A DNA stretch of 64,000 bases from Phallusia mammillata (taxonomy: Eukaryota), in contig OZ281499.1 of NCBI GenBank assembly GCA_965637545.1, positions 16,306,001-16,370,000 of the forward strand, read 5' to 3'. The notes beneath the pieces are model-generated. The model was not told the DNA's origin. It saw only the letters and a list, made by a program, of their open reading frames with translations, and searched no databases. The position numbers and the translations under genes are program-made. Numbering within the stretch: the first letter of the stretch is position 1; every line of letters begins with the position of its first letter. Shown piece by piece: positions 1-12,100 of this stretch.

Positions 1-2826
1 ATTGCAATTGAACGATCTGTGTAAACATTTCTTATGTGGCTGATGGGTATACAAATTGTGAGATCAAGCAGTTGCATGTTGGAAAACGTTGTCATGTGTT
101 TTGAAGTCGTTTGCTTTGCGACTGTCTGATTGTCGTTCCGCTCTGATAACCCCGTTGCAGTTGTACTTCAACTGCAAACATACCGTATCACGTTGTGTCT
201 CATGGCACAATCGAACCTCAGTGTGCCATTACACGCTTGTGAAAAATCAACAAATCAATACACAATAAAACGCTGTGGTAATCTTCTAGTTTTCACTCAC
301 ATACTAGACATGCGATTGGTTGGTGAGACTGTAGTTTGTTACAAGGCGTTTTGAAACAGATGAATTCAAGTGGACATTTTTGGAACGCAATAGTAAATAG
401 CTATGGTATTTGTACAACCACTATTGTGCTATACATGCAATATTATTGGTAAAATACAGTGCACTGTAAAGTAGTTAAAAAGTACCTTCCACTATTTTAA
501 ACTGTAGGTAAAATCTATAGCGCCCATGCCCAAGTTCTGTTTACTTTGTGGGATATTTGAAAAGATTATGAATTATGATACCCCGCAAGTCCTACTAAGC
601 GCATGTGCACATACACAGACCTATTGAATTAGAAGGCACGCTCTTTGCGACTTCACATAATCTTTGGAATTAACTTTTAGCGCGACGAGTCAAACTGGTT
701 TGACCCCTAGTACAGTTTATAGCATGTGATGCTTTATAGGTTAGGTAATGCGAAAATGTCACCATGTGTAGTAGCGCATAAACGTTTATTTCTCCCGGTA
801 TGAAAATCCACTTCACAGGCCGTGTAGTACGTTTAAAAGCTGATTGTTTGTATAAATGCTCCCTAAATGTGTAGCAAAGGTAAATCAGACCAATTGTCCC
901 CTCAATTTGCTACATAGGTCAACTCTTTGTGTAACGTTTCGTGGAAACTTTGATGTCAAACATTGGAGTGACTTACATGACGCCAAGATTTAACCAGCAG
1001 TGCGCACTAAACCAACTTATATGTCTTAGTTTTTTGTTACTAGTTTTGTGCAAAGTTAAATCTTTGGAACCCCATAAACGGCGCTGTTGATAAGTTTGTT
1101 AGCGAATATAACGGCCTAAATAAACGTAAAAGCGCCATGTTTTAGTATTCAAACGTTTCGGCAATAGCTCGTGCCATCACCGTTTGAATAATAAAACATG
1201 ACACTTTTACGTCTATTTATATTCGAATACGCCAGTTGTTTATCTCTCGCTTCTACGGTGCACATACACAGGGAAAATGGATGAAAATGCCCATATTTAC
1301 GTTTCTTTGGTCCACACAACGTTAACAATGTGCCAATCTGGATGTGGCCGTACTGGAAAAGATTGCGTGTAATTTGTGCGTAAGTGGACGAATCACTTTC
1401 GTTGTCACTACAGTGGGCGTTGTACGCATTCTTTGACCACAGGGCTTTATTTGGTTAGCTACCTTTCCCAGTGAACCGGGCGTCCCTTATGTGCTTTGTG
1501 CAGTTATAAATTGACGTGCTGTGCGGTATATATTTATCACATACCTTTGTCATGTTTTAAAACCTCATAAATTTAAGGGGTATCAGTTTTTATTGTGTTT
1601 CTCAAACAGTAAAAAGGTTACTGCTTTGCTGTGATTTGGTGTAGCTGTTTTTATGGTAATTATTGGGTGTGTGACTGTTGAGTCTTGTAGGTAATAACTA
1701 TTTTTCCCAGGTCCACTTTATTTCCTTTAAACTTTCTGTTAAGTTTGTTTGACATTGGACAATGCTTTACTCATGTGGAGCTTGAAATCTGAAATGGTTC
1801 TAAAACGAGCTTGCTGTTCTTATATAGTGCCAGGCCTTGGTAAACAAACGTCTCCAAACCTAAGAGCCCAGCCTTTTTTCTCCTGTGGTTAATGGTGTGT
1901 GGTTTCAACTTTGGATCCAATGTTTGTTTTCCGCTTTTGTAAATTCCATCAATAGTTGCTCCAAGTCTGTGTCAAGTTTTCATTTGTAGCAGCAATAATA
2001 ATTGGATGTGTGAAAAAAGAGGTCATTTTATGACAGCAACCCTAACCCCAAAGATGCTACCTAATATGGAATAAACGTCCAGGCAAAATCACATGAAGTG
2101 GTTAATTATTGCTTACTTGTGGGCATTCATTTAAAACCAACAGCTGTATTGTGTTTTTAAAATGTTGAGGCAATTTGGTGACAGTTTGTTTTAAGGTGTG
2201 CTTTACCAAATAAAGGACTAGAAAATTGTTTTGGGACATAAATTGTGCCTCATATTGGCATCACAAGTAATCGAAACAATTTCCTTTATTGCTTTTCCTT
2301 TCACACACACATAGCAGTGAAGTTTGTATTCATACCTGACTGTGGTCTGCATGATTTTTCATGTGGTTACTGCCTTATCTTAGTAATTCATTAACAAACA
2401 TGACAAATGTTTCAAATCTCATTTGTTTCTAATTTGTTGACAATATGATGGTGACCAAATTTGCATACATGTTGTTCAGGCCCAAAACTAATACACTAAC
2501 CCATGTTTTTATTTGCTTTGGTTTGATTTTTAGTAACATAACAAACTAAAGCATCATTTCTTGTTTTGGTGATTAAGAAGTTTAAGTTATGTAAACTTTC
2601 AGAAACAGTTGTATAATTTTTGCGACAAAGCATTGTAGTTAGTTTAAGTGTTTCATTACATTTTACATATGTAACCATTGTAAACCTTCCGAAAAGTTTT
2701 GGTACTTGTGTTGTATCCCTAAATCTACCACTACAATTTTTGTGCCAAATGGATGATTTTTTTTGTTTTGTGTCAAGCATGCATGAAATATAACCCACTA
2801 TAACACAGTAACTTGTGTTTATTCAG

Positions 2827-5548
2827 GCTGGATCTGACCGAGAATGTATAGGATGCTGTCCATTCTCGCAGCGCCTGTTTATGATTTTGTGGCTGAAAGG
2901 AGTAGTGTTCAATGTTACAACAGTTGACAAAGCAACGTAAGTAATGCGTTTTTCTATGAAACTTGATTTGAATTCATTTTCTACTCCCAGCAACAGGTTT
3001 AACTTTTTCCGTTATGAATATGCCGATCTTTAACAGCTAAATACAAATACGAGTTGCCACGAATAAAACGCTACACCTTTCATTTCATGTGATAACCTTG
3101 TTCTCACCATTGTCTTTTTTTATAGAACAATTCATAATTTCAATTATAAGACATTTTGTTTCAAGCAACAACATTTGCAACAAACAAGGGTTTACTCATA
3201 ACAAAAAATGTTTTTACCATAGCACCAGGCTCATTGAAGGCTTCATGCCAAATCAACTTCAGGGCTGATTCCCGTATCTTAGCTGATAGAATGTTTTTAA
3301 TTTGCACAAACTGAATTGGAAGAGATGGGCTTGTTGTCAATATTTAGGCTTATGTATTATTAACATGCTTTTAGTGGTTTTAAAACGGGAGAGTGAATTT
3401 GGATTACCAAATCATGTTCTAGTGACGTCAAAGTTTTACATCTTTTCTAACCTTTTAGCAAAATTTTGATATGTTAACACAGTATTTTGATATCTACTTA
3501 AAAATATTTTTTTTGTGTGATTTTATGTAATAGAAAGCCAAAACAGTTAAAAGACGTTGCGCCAGGAACAAATCCTCCATTTCTGCTGTTTAATGGTGAA
3601 GAGCTAACAGACATTCAAAAGTGTGAGGATTACATTGAAGCTGAACTTTACCCTCCACGCTACCCAAAGCTTGCATGCAAACACCAACAGAGCAAAACAA
3701 CTGGAAATGATGTCTTTGCTAAATTTTCAGCCTTCATTAAGTTCAGAGGCAATGTTAATGATCCAAAAAGAAAGGGTAAGTTATAGATGAACAAGTATCC
3801 AAAAGTTAAAATGAAGTACAAAGATGCATAAGTTTTGCTCATTTCTCCACGGATAGAATGGACAATTAAATAGTTGAAAGTTTAAAAGACAATTTACTAA
3901 TTATCTGTCAAATATTTTGAATGTCAAAACAATGAACCTGCGACTTGTTCCAAGTACTGATAAAAAGTAGGATGCATTGAACTTGCCTAAAGGTTTTGCT
4001 ACATTTGGCCAAAAGGTCAAAGTTGTGGCTGGCCTAAAGGCTCTACCTAGTAGTTGTTTCAAATGGATGCAAATAAACTTGTTTATGACACTTGTACCAT
4101 GTATATTCTGCACAAAACCATCAAGGCAACACGGCTTGTGTTTTGTGGAAATAGCAATAAGGTGAATTCTTTTTATTTGATTTGTTGGTTGTGAAACTTG
4201 AATATTAATATTATACATTCTAAACTACAAAACAATTTAAAAAATCAACATTTGAAAGCAAACTTATTAAAGGGCATTAATCTGCTAAACTGTTGTGGTC
4301 AACTAAAACTTTGATGGATTACTGTTAAAATGTATACTACAAAAAATAATACACAGATAAAAATAGTGTGACATTAAGATTCAAATTTATTTATGAAGCC
4401 TAACAAGCAATTACATACAAACTGCCAATACCGGTTTGTACACAGGCAGCTATTCCAATCACAACTGGCTGATTTGCAAACTAGCTTATTAGCCCCTGGG
4501 GAGTGTAGCCTGACAAAGAATGTGAGGGTTGTTAAAAAGCCAAGTTCTAATTTGGTGTCGCAGTAATGCAGTCTGGCCACAATGAAATCCCCTACTAACA
4601 GTGACAAAAGTATCGACTGATGCTTTTGTTGTGACTTGTGATAGCAGCATCTAAACTGAAGCGCTTTTTGCCCCATAAGTGTATGTTGTTTGTGTGTATG
4701 TAGTAAATAGTAGGATTATGTAATTTATAAAAAATTCCATCCTTTTTATGTAGATCTTGAAAATAAATTGAACGTATCGCTTCGAAAGTTTAACGCCTAC
4801 CTGAATGAACCTCTTGATGATGAAATTGATGAGGATGATGACAGTGATGAAGCTCAGATCTCTAAGAGAAAATTTATCGATGGAAATACAATGACCATTG
4901 CTGACTGTGTCATGTTACCCAAACTACACATTTTGAGGGTATGATAGATATTCTATTAGACTTGGCATGTGATTCTCAACCCCTAAGTGTACTTACATTA
5001 ATAAACAGTTCTTGTCTGGTTGTTGCCATCTTTTGATAAACAAACATGTTTGTCTTATATGTTGTAGTTTTCATAACTCGGTAAAATTTGTCATAAATAA
5101 TAAAATTTGCAAGCATTAAAAATGCTGCGCCCCTTATCTAGTACAGTGCAATATGACCAGCAAAACGAACTATAAAACAATCCTAAATAAAGGATCAGTT
5201 GTTCAGTTTCCCTTTTATGGCTGGCTAAGTGAAAAAGGTACTAGACTTAAACAACAAGCCATTGCTTCTATCATCATGCCAAGATTTGGAACTGAGTAAC
5301 TTACTGCTTTACAAGCAACCTTACCATGTTAATAAAACATCAAGCTTTTGCCCTTTTACATAAGTTGTCTCACATGTGTATTTTAGGTTGCCTGCAAAGG
5401 AATGTTAAATTATGAGATACCAGAAGAATTCACAGGCATCCATCGCTATTTGGCCAATGCTGACAATGCGGATGAATTTCTTCAGACCTGTGCCTCTGAT
5501 GATGAAATAATCTGGGCCTATGGTGGAAGACGCAAGCCCAAAAAGTAA
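2827..5548 (+). CDS. CLIC: Chloride intracellular channel (CLIC, GST-omega fold), 5'-partial; 4 exons found
   Basis: Exons 2827-2936, 3534-3775, 4754-4938, 5387-5548, all GT-AG, total 699 nt, in frame, TAA at 5546-5548. Translation [59 protein letters not shown]...PPRYPKL...FAKFSAFIK...acidic loop...[22 protein letters not shown]...[12 protein letters not shown] matches the CLIC motifs. The short first exon (usually ending ELFVK) was not found in 1-2826 and is probably upstream of the window. Confidence 0.96.
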
Positions 5549-5953
5549 AATAGGATCATGTAATGTTTGCATGCTTGAGGTGATTAAGTAAGCATTTTAA
5601 ATCACCGGAATATGAAAGTTGAACACCTGTATTTTTTGCTGTTTCTGCATGTCTATTTTATTTTGTCAAAAATTTGAAATGTATTATTATCCGTGCAAAA
5701 GTTTGGACCTGGCCCCTACAGTTTCATTTCAACTCATGAAGACCTGTTTTGTATTAATATTTTATGTCATTATGCTGATTGGTGTTATTATATTACCTTT
5801 CATCAAGAACTTATTGATTCATTTCAATCTAAACTTTCTGCATTTTCTTATTTAATTTTTCTCCAAACACCAACCAAATTATATTATGTTGTGTCAAAAC
5901 AGGTCGCATTTAAATTTTTAGGTCATTTATGGCACTAAAATTCCTCCCAAGTA

Positions 5954-5959
5954 AATAAA
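5954..5959 (+). other. Possible polyadenylation signal of the CLIC gene
   Basis: AATAAA ~400 nt after the stop codon. The motif is common in AT-rich DNA and there is no transcript evidence. Confidence 0.3.
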
Positions 5960-7731
5960 AAAAAAACAGTCAGCAGTCCTTTTAAACACTTTGCTTGTTA
6001 TGTTTTAATGATTTTATAAGCACAACTTATGTCCTACTTTTTCAGTCCTTATGATTTCCTGGTGTTAAGTGTTGAAAACTTGGTGGCTAAAATCATGGGT
6101 TATTACCTATTTTACAGCGGAATCCCTTTATTGCTGAGAAGCATTATGTCAATCCCATTGTATGTAAAGTGTACATATCTTGTATATAGCTGCAACCTGT
6201 AATGCTAATATGCTATGCCCTCATATTTTTGCATGACCCTGATCACTACTGTAATTGGCTTCTGTTACAATATTTGCAGTTTTACTATTTGTGTATTAAT
6301 CATTCAGCAATTGATCAGTAGTACGTGTTTTATGAACGTGGGGGCTTACAACTGGTTTATGAACGAGATTTGTGCATTCAACTGTCGACTCTTTGAAAAA
6401 GTAAAAGCCAGAAGTTTTCTATAAAATACTTGGCCAGCAGGGGTAACCTTTTACCCTACCATTATGATTTTGGAAGCAAGTCACAGTTGACCGTTTACAG
6501 CTCGTTCAAAACTCGTTTTAAGCCTTCAATTCAGGTTCTGGTGAACAAACCAGCCGTGGCGTTGAGTTTTGATCACGATTCTGTAACAAACATGATTTTT
6601 TGCATCAATCTGCTCTTGTGCGCCATCTTGTGTTGATTATTTTTGTAGTGGCGGAACGACTGAACGAGTGTAAAACAACTGTATATTTGCGTGAATTGCT
6701 ATCATATCAAGTCTTAGTCATCTTGTGTTGCTGTAGTGTGCCCTTTTGACAAAAGTAATTGTTTTCAGTAAAATGATTATCCAATTTTGCCAGTATTACC
6801 ATAAACCAGCAAACTTTGTCAACAAATCGCATCTGACCGCAAAAATAGTGTTAAAACAAAATTATTTTTTTTGAACGTTGAATCCAAAAAAAACTATTCT
6901 AAATTTGCAAAATCATCTGATAGATTCAAATTGTAAACGATTTGTTCGTGAAAAATTGACGGTAATATAAAATTTACCGTTTAAAATTCCTTTATTTGCA
7001 AGCCAGCCTATGTTGACTGTTGGGTGGTTGGTGTTTCGTTATATATAAGTGTGTATTTTTGAGCTTTGTTGTTGCTCATTCGGCCTGTTCGATCATGTTT
7101 CATTGTCACTGACAAACAAGGGCTGCACCCTTTTTGAAATAAAAACAAAACTCTTATATACCTACAAAATTCTATAAAAATGGACCTTCAAACAGAAATG
7201 TGAATACCGTTTAAAAAAATTGCAAGTGATTCGCATTTACACCTGGCCCAATTAATTTGTTTTGATCTGTATTTTGGCTTAAACCTACGAATGATATTTT
7301 GCATGTTTAGCCTTCTCGGTAACCCCCACATGAATGCCCAATGTGAATTGTGCAGCAATGCAACCCGCTTCGTACATGTAGCCACTGCTAAACGAAATAT
7401 ATTCGGTACCACGCAATTAAAACTTGTCACACATCGTCCAACAACTAACGTGTGTTCAATTCTGTTTTGACAAGACGAGAAGTACAAAGTTATGAACAGT
7501 TACCATACCAGAAAAGAGTGCAACAATATAGGAAGCCCAGTTATGTTCGATCTAAAGATGTCCAATTTACCACAAGAAACAACAATTTTTAATCAAATGC
7601 TCTCAATGCTGTTGGAACAAACTCAACCTGACAAATGGATGATTCCATCCATACATAAAAAAGTATTGTCTTCGACCCTAAGCAGTAATAATTTACTGAA
7701 CAATAATAAACTAAATAGGTACTAAAGTATC

Positions 7732-7797
7732 TACGTACCTCCTAAAATGTTCCGGCGTACTACTAGTGGTACGCGTACCACAGTTAAAGAACCACTG
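7732..7797 (-). mobile_element. Single terminus of a hAT-Charlie-type MITE (remnant)
   Basis: Minus strand reads cagtggttctttaactgtggtacgcgtaccactagtagtacgc, a typical Charlie-type end. No partner TIR or TSD was found. Confidence 0.5.
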
Positions 7798-8864
7798 GTC
7801 GAATTTTATTCGATTTTGAATGTAACAAAGGCCTAACCTGCGTCTGTATCCTTCCTTCAAACATCTATCTGCCAATGGCTAATGCAAACGGATTTTTTGT
7901 CTAAAGGTAAAACTAAATTTACGTCATCTGTGCTGTCCAGCGACCAAAATAGTTAAAACGCTTTCACCGGAGACAAACAACTGTAGAGAAAAAAGTTTGA
8001 CCCTGACCGGACAGAAATTACACACAACACTTGAAGTTAATCATGACCAACAAAAATGTGTTAATTTGACGGCCTAATGCCAGCCATTACACAACTGTTT
8101 TTAAACTATATTAACTATATTCTATAATCTAATCGCAGCTTTAACATTGTTGCTCAGAAATATACACTGCATCAGTCAGCAACACACCGAGAACATTAAT
8201 TGCTTTATCACTTGTGACGTTACAGTTAGATTGTTACGCTTGCATGAAAAAAAAAACCACAATGGTTGGTGGTCGTCATCAGCAAACTTTGTGTTTTTAT
8301 GAAGACAGGACGGTTTTGTCAGAATGGCAATTCTGAATAAAATTAACTTGAAATACATTTTGCTAAAACGCCTTTTTCTTTTGTATAACAGACCAGTCAC
8401 AAGTAGTTGTCTTGTCCAAGCTTGGTAGCCTCAAAGATGTCCAACTATCAAACTTTAAGTTCAATACAAGGCATCAATGAAATAACACACCTCGTCGTTC
8501 ATGCTAAGTAGGCTGTTTAAATGTGGGGAAATATCGCTAATTTGTGCCTGTCACATAAGTTATGATAGTCTTTATGTAAAGTCTATGGTGACACAACGTT
8601 TGTAGTAACGGTGTAGCTGCAGAGCTTTAACGTCTAAACGTTGCGCAGCGCAGCTATTTCCAGCTTGGTGAGTATTTTCGCGCAAATGTGCTTCTACGAT
8701 TTTGCGACTTAAACTCAACTCATTTTGCTTTGGGCCTAAAAATAAAAAACGTTGATATTTTTACAGGGGAAGTCCTTTTTTACAATTTAAGCAAAGAACG
8801 AAGAACCAGGACAAAGCGACTATTTGCGATAGAGCTACTGAGTCCTGTGTTAATAGTTCTACTT

Positions 8865-8948
8865 CACTGTTTGCAACTATTAGTGGGTTAAAGGAGGGCC
8901 AGTAACATTCACTATTTGCAACGTGGGGGTTAAAGGAGGGCCAGTAAC
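8865..8948. repeat. Imperfect tandem duplication (~44 bp unit)
   Basis: gggttaaaggagggccagtaac occurs twice (8885-8906, 8927-8948), each preceded by act(g/a)tttgcaac. Confidence 0.85.
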
Positions 8949-9133
8949 CTAATTAAAATCCGATGAGCGGTCATCCTAAAAAAAACTTTTAGCCTACTGG
9001 ACTGGTCTAAACTGATCTGACTCATGGCTCCATAAACTGGGCAACGTTAATTTTATCATGATGACGTAGATTACTTGTATTCTATGATGATGATATAAAA
9101 CAGTCTTTCAAATTATTCAAGTATATCGTAGTG

Positions 9134-12100
9134 ATGATTGAGGAGTGTTTTGAAGTTGAACAGTTACACAAGCAGCAGAACAATGGAAAAGATTTTGATT
9201 CTGAAAATTTGACTGATTTCCTACCCAATGATGCAGATTCAAAACCTGTGAGATATATAACTTACTTCTGCCCGAGTGATATTATCTGTAATTGCATTGT
9301 ATCTGTCATTAAGTCAGTTTTTACAACTATCAGTTAACGTAGTTTAACCTTCCTTAGCACACTAACTCTACGAAAAAATGACATGTTAGTTTATGACAAA
9401 TTTTACAGTAGAGTAGAAACCTTTAACTTTATACCAAGGTTTATTGTGAAGGGAAAGGATAAACGGGGCTGCAACAAATCTGGATAAATTCATAATGTGA
9501 AGGGGCACAACGTCAGAAATGTTAAACTTTTGTTCTATAAATTAAGTGTTTCTAGCCTTCACTAAATTATTTTTGCAGAAGCTCACCCGTTGGGCCACCT
9601 TTTCAGTTGTGGTTGCCTCATTTTGTGGATGTTTGCCTTATGGATATGCCCTTGGTTCAGTTAACTCTGCTGCTGTTCCCATAAAGTCATTTATTGGAAG
9701 CCAGTATATGGTAAATGTGATAAAATCAACCATTACTCGTGTTTATTAAAATCTACAGTATTTTAAAATGGCAGCTGTGCATTTCCTATTAATGGTATAT
9801 TGGTTAATATATTACATGGTGTTAATATAACTTTATCATAAAAATAACTCAATATCATTTAATATGAACAAATTGAGATATGTAAAGCATTTCTTAAAAA
9901 AAACTTTTTACAGATACGGTACAATACAACTGCAAGTCAATCTGAAATTGACACCATTTTTGTTTTTATTGTTGCCTCTTTTCCAGTTGGTGGTATATGT
10001 GGGTGCTTTTTGGTCCCGCCCATGGTTAATCAATTTGGAAAGCTGGTAAGTGCAATTGACTGGTTGGTGTATTTTTTCAAGTTTTACCACTTCCATTTAT
10101 TTCCATGTTATTGTAACTTTTTGTTCTAAATCTCCTTTATTGTGTTTCATACAGCGCTCAATGGCATATCTTCATGCATGCACAACTATTGCTGCCATTC
10201 TAATGGGTTTAAGTGAAGTTATGATGTCATATGAAATTATCATCATTGGAAGATTTGTTGTAGGTTGTGTTACTTCTTCTGCCGGTACAGGTGAGTGTGG
10301 TACAGTGTTTTTTTTAAGGTGTTTTGGGGGACCGAAACGGTCGGTTTCTCAAAATTTGCCAGTAGCCTAATAAATAATTCGTTTAAGCAAATATGGCTAT
10401 TTTTTGGTATTTAAATGAAACACTTGCAGTCTCTTAAAACTACTTAGCGGTCACCCAAACCAAACCTTAAAAAAAACCTGAGTGTGGATATAAATCTGAA
10501 ATATTAATACATATTTCCCACTCAATCGATTTTGGTCTTTTGTGAAACAAATTGCAAGTTTTTCCTTACTGAACCTTCCCAAAACAGCCATTTAGCGGTA
10601 CATGTTGCCTGACTTTTTTGCGACAACCATTATTTGTTTTGTTTGTAAGCAAACTAATGCACTTCATACAGTTTTAAAATTGTTTGACCTTCTTTTTGAG
10701 GTATCTCTCCAATGTATTCAGTGGAAGTTGTGCCAAAGGAGTGGAGAGGGACGTTTGGTGGACTCGTTTCATTTTTTATAAGTTTTGGGGTTTTTGTCTC
10801 AAACACACTTGGCTTATCACAAGTAAGGCTGTGAAATATAGAAACTAAAAATTGAGCATATAAGAATATTCATGGCATACAAGAATGTGTAATTGTTGGT
10901 ACATGCTTTTGTTTTTGCTCTGCTCGAGTGGTGGATTTCTTTGACCAAAAAGGCAAAAATGAATGGCCATAGTTCATTTTTACCGATCCTGTAGTTGCCA
11001 GAAGATATATGCCCTGCAAGTATCTAGTGCAGGGGTGGGCAAACTTTTCAGTGCAAGGGCCACATTCAAAAGTTTATAATCTTATGGGGCCGCATAGTAT
11101 TTCACCAACGGACGCCAATTGCTTGCTTGTTTTTTGTTTTAAAATAACTGATGGAAAGAATTTGGCGTCAACAGTGCAAAGTGGGCTGTAATTGAAAACG
11201 TGAATCGCTTTTACTTTTATCGAACGAAGAAATTGTGTTAAGTGACGATTTGCATAATAAAGTGGCAGAAACAACAGGCCAAAGTACGTAAAAAGTATCT
11301 GTGTTTCGTTTCAAAGTATGGTACAGGTACAGATACTGCACATGGTATAGGTATCGGCAAGTCGCACCCCCGGGATTTTTTAAACTCTACGCCTGTGCTA
11401 ATAATACTATTCAACGTTACTCGGAAACTTTCTCTTTAAAATTTACTAACATTTGGCGGGCCGCATAAACTCCTTTGCCGGGCCGCATGCGGCCCGCGGG
11501 CCGTAGTTTGCCCACCCCTGATCTTGTGTAAAGACCTAGAAAGAAATGGCCATTTGGTATAAACCATACAAGCTTCATGCTGTACCTTAAGATGCAATGA
11601 TGTCATGTTAACAAACTTACTTTTCATGCTTATATCATTGCCTACATATAAAACTAGTATATTCATGTTTCTCCGAGTCAACTCAAACTGAGTTAGACCC
11701 CAACCCATGTTGTTTAATGAAAAATGAGTCTTTGTTGTTGGTACTTAACTGCTTGTGAAGATGCGTCCACGAACCTCAGTATTGCCCTTATTGTATGGTA
11801 ACATTTCAAAATGCCACGCTGAGTAGGGAACTTATTGGCAGGCTGGCAACCATCGCCGATGCAACTTTAAAACCCCTATCTTAAACGATAATGAAACACA
11901 ATTATTTTGTTGTGGTAACCACTGTTAACCTAGTAGCAAAAACATATGTAAACATGCCAAATGCGTTTTACCGGACGACTTCCGCGTGAGAATCCGGTTG
12001 ATTCTGCCCAATATTCGGTTTCGTCTGAACCCAAAATTAAGCCGATTCCGTACATGTCTGGCTTGAACTAACATAACCTCCTGTTATCAAATACGAACCA

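Noticed and set aside
1-2826. Search for the CLIC first exon (M...ELFVK|gt)
   Set aside because: No ATG-initiated phase-0 exon with this motif was found. Short ORFs such as MDENAHIY... (1277) and ORF 130-354 show no CLIC similarity.
4379-4566. Open frame in CLIC intron as an alternative last exon (phase matches)
   Set aside because: The acceptor lacks a pyrimidine tract, the peptide has no CLIC similarity, and the phase match has a 1-in-3 chance.
6500-6630. Minus-strand CAAGATGGCG (YY1-like) start MAHKSRLMQ...
   Set aside because: Stops after 17 codons, and no downstream minus-strand exons were found.
7188-7725. ORFs next to the hAT terminus as transposase remnants
   Set aside because: No recognisable hAT, BED-finger or dimerisation motifs in any frame examined.
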